DNA of 64,000 nt from Hyphochytrium catenoides (lineage: Eukaryota; Protista; Hyphochytriomycota), in NCBI GenBank assembly GCA_900088475.1, contig FLMG01001458.1, positions 52,153 to 116,152 of the forward strand, in the 5' to 3' direction. Below, in pieces: positions 55,485 to 64,000 of this stretch (positions within the stretch are counted from its first letter, which is position 1; each line of letters begins with the position of its first letter). The notes under the pieces were generated by a model. That model was not told the origin of the DNA, ran no database searches, and saw only the letters and a list, made by a program, of their open reading frames with translations. Made by a program: the position numbers and the translations under genes.

Positions 55485-58400
55485 ATGGATCGCTACCGTG
55501 TCCTCATGGCGATAGGAGAAGGTGAAGAGCTCTATTGCAACTCCTCTGCCTCGACCTTCTCACCGTTTGCTCTAGGAACATATGGAGTCGTCTATAAATG
55601 TATGGACAGGACAATGTCCCGAACTGTGGCAATCAAGAAATTCAGAGAACCAGATGAGAGTGAGGACCAACTTCTTTAACCTATTGGATCCTGTCCGCAC
55701 TGCTCTTTGTCCCTCTGCGCGACCTTCTTCTTCGGCTAGCCCCTTCTGCTTCGCTTCTTTAGCTATGGTTGTTGACTCTCGCTGTCCCTCGGGTATGTTG
55801 TGACGTCTCTCACCTGCCTTGGAGCTCTCTTGCTTGCTTTCTCTCTTCTCTGTCGCTGGTCCCTCTCTAGCTCTCTGTCTCTCTCTTGCCCCCTCTCTCT
55901 GTGTCTCTCTAGGCGTCTCTCTCTCTCTGTGTGTCTCTCCCTCTCTCTTACACTCTCTTTCTGGGTCGCTCTTTCTTTCTCATCAACTTATCTAAGCATT
56001 GTTGCCTTTGCCTGCTTAACTCTGTGCGGCGATACCTTCACTCTCCCTGATCGCCGGGCCACGGTCCCCCGCATAGCCAATCAACTAATCTATGGAGCCC
56101 TATCTTCATCATATTTCTACCTTCACTCCTCTTTCGGTGGTGACTCTTATCTCATATTTCTATTCTCTGCTTTCATCTGATGACTGGGCAGAGGACGAGT
56201 CTGTGCGAAAGACAAGCACCAGAGAGCTTCGGATTCTTCTCTCCCTGCAGCGGCACAGCAATATCGTTCAGCTCCTCGACTCTTTCAAGGCACAGGGAAG
56301 GCTACACCTAGTTTTTGAGTTCATGCCGAAGAACTTATTGCAAGTCCTGGAGGCAAACCCTAAAGGTGAGAGAGCGACGATGAGGTATTGCAGAAAAGAG
56401 AGAGAGTTTGCAGAGAGGATTCAGGGGCATTGATTTAACTAAGAGAAAAAGCCGCAGAGTGTTTGTTATTGATCCTTGTCCTTAGGCCTAAGCCGACAAC
56501 TGGTGCAGCGCTATGTGGCGCAGCTCTGCTCTGCCATCCAGTGCTGTCATCAGAATAATATCGTGCACCGCGGTATGGAAACTCATTATCTACTCGCTCC
56601 TTCATCTCCTGTCACCGTCCCAATAGCCAAGAGACATGTTCTCACCTCTTTCCTATTCTTCAGTACATTCGTCTCGCTCCTTCGTCTATTGTTGCTTCTC
56701 TTTCCAACAGCCCCTCTCTCCTTCGCTACCGATTAGCCTCAACTTCACTATGCATCTCCCATGCCAGATATCAAGCCAGAAAATCTTCTCATCAACCAGA
56801 ACCACGTCCTCAAGCTTTGCGATTTTGGTACTCTTCTTTCTGCTTCTTTCTCATTATTTTGTCTTTCTCATCCTCTCACTCCTATTTTTTCTCTCTGTCT
56901 CTGTCTATCTCTCTCCTCTGCATTTCACTGTGCCATCCGCCTTCCCTTCCCCCTTCGGCGCGGTGACCCTCATGCTCTTCAATTTAAACTGTTGTCACCA
57001 GGGTTTGCTACGGAGGTGGAAGAAAAGAGAGACAACCTCACGGACTATGTCGCCACGCGATGGTATAGGGCGCCAGAGCTTCTCGTCGGGTAGGCTGGCA
57101 GTCTCACCGATGTACTCCTTAAACTTCTCGGATCTTCATCCGTCTCTCCTCTCTCTCTTCTCCCTCGGACCCATTCTGTACAACGACTATGATTTTTTTA
57201 GCTTCTTGACTTCCCAATTCTCTGGACATGATCAGTCTCACCCTCCTCCATTCTCGACTTTTTTTGCCCCTTAAGCGCTCCTTACACAAAGGCTGTGGAC
57301 ATCTGGTAGGCCACTCCCTCAGCCTTCTCTTCCTCCATCGCAAGAGCGCATAGGAGCAGCGCTTCAGTTAGCCTTCCGTAGCTTCTTATCTCTCCTGAGT
57401 CTCTTTATATCTCTTTTTGGCTTGTACTCAGCAGTTCTTTCTCCTGTGGTCCTTTTCCCCTGTGGTCTCTTTCTTCCTTATGCGTTTTTGCCAGAGGCCA
57501 CATTTTCTGCTCGTCTCATCATCCTTTGGTCGTTCTCTGTTTGTGCCTTTGGCTATTGGTCCGCACCTACCCAGGGCCATCGGTTGCATAGCATCGGAAA
57601 TGCTGACTTCCAAGCCTTTATTTCCAGGCTCTTCAGAAGTGGACCAACTGTAAGTGCGTTTAAGCGCGTTAAGAGAGAAAGAGAGAGAGAAAGGCAGACA
57701 GACAGACAGACAGAGGGAGACAGAGAGAGAGAGAAGACTAGTAACGGAGAAACGAAGCATGCATGGGAGGCGTAATGAGTTAGAGGCCCTAGATCACCTA
57801 CAGTCAAGAAAAAGAAGGGAGGAGGAGGAAATGATATGGAAAAACATGTGTGAGGAAATTGAAAGAGATCTCTATCCTTAGGGTCGTGATCCATCGGACT
57901 CTGGGATCACTCTCAGAGGACCAGCAGCGAGCACTGGGAGAGAACCCGCGTCTTTCAGCTGTTAAGCTTGCTGATGGAACACTCTGTTCGCGTTTGGACA
58001 AGAAGCTGCCTGTCGGGGTTGAGGAGGACTTCTTAAGCTTCATTCAGGTAGTAGCCACCTCTTCCGTGTGGGATAAGCGTACTCTAACTTTGCAAAGCTT
58101 TTTGTCCCTATTCACTTGGCATCTGTGTCTGTCTGCTTCCTCCTGCTCTAGCGGTCACCTTGCTTGACTTAGTCTAAGGCTTGCTGATCACACCCCTCCG
58201 TCGAGCCATGTCTCTTGAGGAAGAGCAGCTCCTACTCGCCTCTACTAACATTTTCTCCTGCTCGTTACTTCTATTTGCTTCTCCAATAACAACAGGCAGT
58301 CCTCTGCATGGATGCCAAAGGACGCCCGTCTGCCTTAGAATGCCTCAATCACCGCTATCTTCAAAACACCCCTCAACCCGCCGTCCCAAAGCCTGTACCT

Positions 58401-58997
58401 CGCGCTCCTCCCTCGCGCTCTAGACTGTCCATAGAAAGTCGAAAGACGTCTCAAAAAGGACCACACGCAGGAGAAACGTCCTTCGCATCCCGCAAGGTAA
58501 GTGCAGTCTGGAACAAGGTGGAGGAAGGCACAGGGAGTATGGTGATGCAATGAGCTCGAGCACTCCAAGAGACAGAGAGGGAGGGATGGGGCGAGCCGTA
58601 AGGGCATTGTAATGTACGGAGAGGGCTAAGCTTTGTTGGAGCTAGTGAAAGAGGAGAGGAGACCAACAATCTGAAGACGAATGAAGGGAGAAAGGCGAGA
58701 TGTCCAAATCCAAAGTGTAGAATTAACAAACTTTTCTTTCTATGCAGCTTGCCAAGGGCAGTGCAGTGCCTTCTCTTCCCTTTTCCCGTACTAGCACCAG
58801 GCAAAGACCTTCTCTTCCTCTTTCCTCGTCAAAGGCTCCGTCTACCGTGTCAAATCAGAGACGCTCCTCCGCCTTTGTGGTGAAGACTGTCCCTAGGTAC
58901 GAACTCATTGTGGAGAGGAGATTGTAGGCTTCTGCTAAGGCTTTGGCTTGACAGAGTGGCCCAACTTCTTTACTTTCCGTGGTCGTCTCGTGCTCAA

Positions 58998-59030
<33 letters not shown>

Positions 59031-59616
59031 GTTCTCCCTCTCGCTCGCTATTTCCCTCTCCCTCGATTGTGTCTCTTGGTTTGGTGCTTGCTTTTCTACT
59101 TCCTTCCAGGCGCATCTTTAGATGAGAAAGGTCTTGCATTTACGTCCTCATATTATACTTCCTAGTACTCGAAACATGGGGAGAAGAGAACGACCACCCC
59201 CTCTTGGCGCTGCAGGAGAACTCAAGGTGAAGGAGAGGATCAGCATCTTCGCACCGCTAAAAGGCTCTGTTAGCACCAGCAACAAGAGGGAACTAACGAG
59301 AGAAAAGGCGAGAGAACCGACAAAATCTGCGATAAAACCGACAGATTCTGCTTCACCCTGTCAAGTCATCAATAACTCTCCTCCTAGCAATGAGAAGGAC
59401 TCTGTAGGAGGCTCTTCCGTGGGAGAGAGTATTGAAAGCGGCATGGAGACTCTCTCTCTCTCCAGTTTGCCAAAAAGTAGTAGTCCTACTGCTTTTTCTC
59501 CCTCGGACAAAGCGAGAAGTCTCAGCTCGGCGTCCTACTTCGTTGCTAGCCGAAGCCAAAGAATAGCAACCGACTTTGAAGGTCTGTCAATTTCTCTATC
59601 GCGCTAACATCTTCCC

Positions 59617-59673
<57 letters not shown>

Positions 59674-59928
59674 GTTATCATCCCTTTCCTACTCTTCATC
59701 GTTTGGATCTCTGGTCCATTCTTCTGTCTAACCCCTTTCCCTCTCTTTAGCCCCATCTCCGACGCCACTCCGCCATGCTGTTCTGACTCTTGGCCGTGTG
59801 GCCACTCCTCTCTCCCAATTTCTTCGCTTGTGGCAGATTACCATCGGACACGCAAGCGGCACTCCTTCCCCAGTCATAATCATCGGGCTGTCGATGGTCT
59901 CCGTGTTTCTCCCGGCGGAAAGAGATAG
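55485..59928 (+). CDS. CDKL-family (CMGC) protein kinase with long low-complexity C-terminal tail, multi-exon; 3' end uncertain
   Basis: MDRYRVLMAIGEG/TYGVVYKC..VAIKKFRE..VRKTSTRELRIL..LHLVFEF..IVHR/DIKPENLL..LKLCDFG/FA..LTDYVATRWYRAPELLVG..VDIW/AIGCI..PLFPGSSEVDQL. The TDY activation loop and KKF motif are typical of CDKL. Stop at 59607 or 59928 depending on the last intron. Confidence 0.9.
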
Positions 59929-60770
59929 AGACAAAAAGAGCTTAGAAAAAGAGGCTCTTTCTCTGTCTCTCTGCGTGCTTTTGCCTCCCTTGTAGATTTG
60001 TTCTCTTTCTCTTCCTTCACCGACCCTATCGCTCTCTTTCCTCCTCCTCCGGTGACTTAATATGCAAGAGACAAATGCCACTTGGAGTTAGGCAGAGAGA
60101 GAAGGGAGAGGTGTGCCTTGTTGATCTGGTCAATAGAGGAAAGGAGGAGAAGTCGTTAACCACAGAGAGAGAGAGAGAGATACGAGGGAGGAGCAGCAAG
60201 GACATTGCCTTGAAGTGGGCGACGTGACCAACTACTTCCTTTTGTATAAACCCTGTAACGATGTGAAATAGCGCTGTCTCTTCCATGCTTTTTTCTCTCT
60301 TTCTCCCTCTCTCCCTCTCTCTCTCTAAATATCTCTCTCTTCGCCACGTGCCAGACAAGGCCAAAGGACGAGAGAGAAAGCGGATGGTTTCCCTTGCGCA
60401 CGCACCATCACTGTCATCCTACGGAGGTTCCTGCGCGACGAGTGGAGGCAGTCTTTGGCCATTCTTTTCCACTGTTCCTGCACCCCTCTCTCTGTCTCTC
60501 TCTCTCTCTGTGTCTCTCTCTGTAGAGGAGCCCCTTCTGTTTTGCTTTTTATAACATCTCTTTCTCTCGTTCGCCCCCTCTCCCATTTGTGTGTATGTGT
60601 AACTGTCTGTCTTGTCATTCTCTCTCTTTCTTGCCGCTCTGTTCTCTCTCTCTCTCTCTCTTTCTCTCTCATACATTGTTCTCTCTCTAACAACTTCCTC
60701 TCTCTCTCTCTCTCTCTCTTGTTCACTCATAGCTTCTTCACTCTGTCTCGCTGTGTGCGGTCTCTCTCTC
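59000..60770. repeat. (CT)n/(GA)n microsatellite-rich region upstream of the retrotransposon
   Basis: Tracts near 59000-59030, 59615-59672, 60163-60180, 60290-60340, 60485-60520 and 60640-60720. Confidence 0.95.
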
Positions 60771-60810
60771 CTTCTTGAAGGTCAAAAGAGGGGAAAGATC
60801 CCTACAGTAG

Positions 60811-60952
60811 TGTAAGGGATGAGGGGTTGAGTAGCCAGCCACCCCCCAGGACCTAGTCAGTGGGCGTGCGCTGGCGTGCTCTCGGGAAGTCAATAAACAG
60901 TCTGTTTTTTCCATCCCATCGCCCTCTCGACCGCTGGAAGAACCTTGATACA
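60811..60952 (+). repeat. Putative 5' LTR (142 bp)
   Basis: Begins TGTAAGG, ends CCTTGATACA, contains AATAAA near 60892, and is immediately followed by a TGG-initiated PBS. The partner LTR is not in the window. Confidence 0.7.
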
Positions 60953-60971
60953 TGGTGCATTCGCTGGGAAT
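60953..60971 (+). promoter_or_regulatory. Primer binding site, tRNA-Gly type
   Basis: TGGTGCATTCGCTGGGAAT is the complement of AUUCCCAGCGAAUGCACCA, resembling the 3' end of eukaryotic tRNA-Gly (…AUUCCCGGCCAAUGCACCA). Confidence 0.75.
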
Positions 60972-61041
60972 GTTCTCTCTAGATTTTCTAGACAGGGCTT
61001 TGATTTGCTCTATGTCGTACGTGGACTTAACGCAGAGCGGA

Positions 61042-61611
61042 TTATACCTACACACTTCATAGGCATGCGTTATTTTACATGCTTGGTATGGGCCGAGTCT
61101 GTAAGAAAGGCTATGGACATTGTCCGCTCCTACATGCTTCTTTTCCGTATTGGTCAGAAAAACGAAGAAGACCTTTCGGAAGAAGAGGAAAAGATTAGCG
61201 AGCGCGCACAATGGAAGCAGCTACTACACAAACAGCTTCATTCCACGATGCCAAAGGAGGTTATAAACCAACTCCCCATCAAGGACCTAAAAAAGGCCTG
61301 CGATGATAAGGAGTTTAGTGGATACATCGAGACAATACTCGAGATCCACGTGTCCTCGACAAAAGGAGAAAATCCCAGAAAAGAAAGAAAGAACAACCGC
61401 AACATCAAACAGATGGAGCCCAGAAGAAACAAAAAGGGAATATCCCTGGCGAAAGGTCATATCCAAAGCCGCAAATCTACAATGCCCTCACATATGCAGA
61501 GGCAACGGCTGACCAAAGAGAAACCTACTGGCATGACCACCAAAAGAATAACATTCGCTGACCACACCAAGCATGTAAAATAACGCATGCCTATGAAGTG
61601 TGTAGGTATAA
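61042..61611. repeat. 46-bp perfect inverted repeat pair (61042-61087 and 61566-61611)
   Basis: TTATACCTACACACTTCATAGGCATGCGTTATTTTACATGCTTGGT and its exact reverse complement. The right copy abuts an N gap. Confidence 0.9.
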
Positions 61612-64000
61612 NNNNNNNNNNNNNNNNNNNNNNNNNNNNNNNNNNNNNNNNNNNNNNNNNNNNGCTACCCTCAAAATGCCGCCACAACAAAAATATAGCG
61701 ATGAAAAGAAAACCACTACTTCATCAAAAATGTTGATAACACTTCACGGAGAGGCCAACCGAAGTGAGAGTGATGGTAAAGCTCCACCAAGGTTGAAAGC
61801 TTCCTTCAACGAGGGGTCAACAGGTGAGAAAAACTCAAAGAAGAAAAGAGCAATCACCACCATACCGGCCACCAAAAACCATACGCGTACAATCGCAAAC
61901 ATAAAGTCGATGCCCAAAGAGCCTACGCAGGAGGCGGGACGCCGTCGTCACAACCGCAAAGACTCTGAAGACATTGCACCCACCTTTGAGAATGTGCACA
62001 ACAACAAAGAAAAGCAATTGACAATAATGGCACAAAAACAAGAATGCCGATGTCAACCATTTGCTACACAAAAACCTACTATAAACTCTGGATTCACTAA
62101 TGGGAAGCTACAGGTGAAGGTTCATATCAATATCGGGGCCGGAGTATCATCGGTGTCATTTTTCGATTTCTTAAAGCGTCACCCCAAACTATACAAACGC
62201 ACCCATCACAGGGCAAAATACTTCGCCAATGTGATTGAAGACACAAACATACCGTCACTGGGAACAATCAAACTCTCCGTGACCTTGGGAGGAATAACCT
62301 TTCAAGGGAGGTATGAAGTCATGACAATGCCCTACTGGGACGTCAACTTAGGGACAGACAAATACGATTTCGACCTGGCATTGTTTGAGAAAAGGTATGA
62401 GAGAGGGAGTATGAACCATTGCCCGGCAGGCGATAACTGTGAACAAATTCAGAGAGCAAACAAACAACAAACAACCCTCAGCAAAGCAATAGAGGGAAGT
62501 GAGACAAAAGAAATAACAAAAAGGCCCAAATACCTAATGCTGCCTACAGCCAAACAGCTGCATGCCCAAACGTCTCACTGTTGATGACTTCAAACAGCTG
62601 ACAGAAGAACCGTCAGACACCAAACCAACAAAAGCATCAACAAAAATTATCTGCACAATCCACGATAGAACACACTATCAAACAAATTCTCAAAGCAAAA
62701 CAAAAAGGCATGAACAAATTGAGGAAGAACGAATACAAATAATGAAAGCGTACCTTGATGAAGAACTCAACAAGGACGACAAACACCTCAGTCAACCATA
62801 CACTGACGAACAAAAGTCCGCCCTGACTCAATTAATGCTGTCTCTAAAAGACTGCTTCATAATACATGAGTCAATCAGACAAACCAGGACACTATAATAA
62901 TACACAAGGGCCGCCGGCGGTAAACTATCAGCCTCAGCGACCTCTCCCGGAAACCAATCACTACTCACCACGCATGTCCCCTGGGCTGCGAAAGATAACA
63001 ATTGACTGCCTAAAACAGTTAACAGAACTAGGCCATGTCAAACTTTACAGGGAGGGGAAAAACTTTCACCGATTTATGGTCAAACCAAAACCTAATCGGG
63101 ACCCTCCTTCCTGAAGAAGGTAGTAGTAGACCACTCAATGATCTATCCTTGAAAAACAAATCGTGGGACCCATACAACTACCCACTACCAAGTAAGGATA
63201 GATGAAGAACTAGACAAACTCCATGGTTCCAAGTGTCGTGGTTCACTAAACTAGACATGACTCATGGCTATGCACAATTATTGCTGCCACTAGTAGCAGC
63301 GGCCATGCATCCATACTTCACCTTCTCCGTAACAGGAGTAGGAGTATTCCCATACACAGTTATACCACAACAACAAGGATGGTCTCCAGCAGGAGCAATC
63401 TTTGAAGAAATTGTCGAGTATACCCTCGGTGATACAAGGTTCAGGTGCTGCATCATCGTTTACCTCGATGACAATATAGTAGTACACAGCCCTAATTATA
63501 AGCTAGCTTTGACCAACACCTTCTCGACGTAAAAGAGGTCATAACTAAATATGCTAATGCCGGTTTCCGCTTTTTAGTTTATAACAAAAACCAAGCTCGC
63601 CAAAAATGCATGCGAATGCTTGGGCCATTATACAGATGGCAACATAACCAGACCTCTAATAATAACCAAAACAGAGGCAATAAATAACAGGCCGCCGCCT
63701 GAATCAAGAGACGAACTCCGCTCTTGGATACAACTGTGGTGCAACTACTACCGCAAATATATAAACCAATTTGCAATCGTAGCACACCCATTATATCAAC
63801 TGCTAAAGAAAGACAGCAAGTTTGATTTCCGCAAAGACTGGAAGCCAGAATCAAAAGAGCTCCAGGCATTTAACAAATTAAAAGCACTGCTAACCGCAGA
63901 GCCAATAATGCTTCATCACCCACCAGACCCCAACAACAAAGAGTACATCCTACATGTGGATGGCAGCCAAAACGGCTATGGGGCTATCCTTTGTCAAGAA

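Larger units (their letters stand above)
60811..64000 (+). mobile_element. Decayed Ty3/Gypsy-type LTR retrotransposon, 5' portion, runs off window
   Basis: LTR and PBS, then A-rich gag-like sequence, an aspartic protease remnant (VHINIGAGVS), RT motifs (FTKLDMTHGYAQL, IVYLDD) and the RNase H start (YILHVDGSQNGYGAILCQ) in PR-RT-RH order. Multiple frameshifts and stops. Confidence 0.9.

Noticed and set aside
207-61663. N runs (207-233, 34954-34990, 39462-39560, 52938-52954, 53553-53663, 54726-54740, 61612-61663) as biological features
   Set aside because: Assembly gaps; ORFs spanning them have unreliable length and frame.
61598-63532. Active retrotransposon pol
   Set aside because: The protease catalytic Asp appears replaced (NIGA instead of DTGA/DSGA), and RT is broken by several frameshifts and stops.

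Overview
Eukaryotic nuclear DNA from a compact, intron-rich genome in a gapped draft assembly. The RPL10 N-terminus and gene content suggest a stramenopile-like protist or alga (inference). Most ORF-track entries are exon fragments or artefacts of stop-poor (CT/GA)n introns. Genes reconstructed by eye, in order: ATM/Tel1 kinase (+), TPR protein (-), head-to-head RPL10 (-) and RPL15 (+), white-type ABCG half-transporter (+), PH-USP53/54-like-PDZ-CUE deubiquitinase (+), TFIIH p52/Tfb2 (+), B12D/NDUFA4-family protein (-), tRNA-Lys(CUU) (-), an uninterrupted 2738-aa ORF (+), a four-unit ~60-bp repeat array, a CCT-domain protein (+), a CDKL kinase (+), and the 5' part of a decayed Ty3/Gypsy retrotransposon with a 142-bp LTR and a tRNA-Gly-type PBS. 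The best candidate for an undescribed system is the 2738-aa protein. It fuses a ZNFX1-type SF1 RNA helicase and an NFX1-like zinc finger to three tandem CbbX/SpoVK-type AAA+ ATPases and a terminal Cys/His motif, suggesting an RNA-sensing defence machine analogous to ZNFX1/RNF213. That function is inferred, and similar architectures probably exist uncharacterised in other eukaryotes. Exon boundaries were placed manually and no database searches were run.
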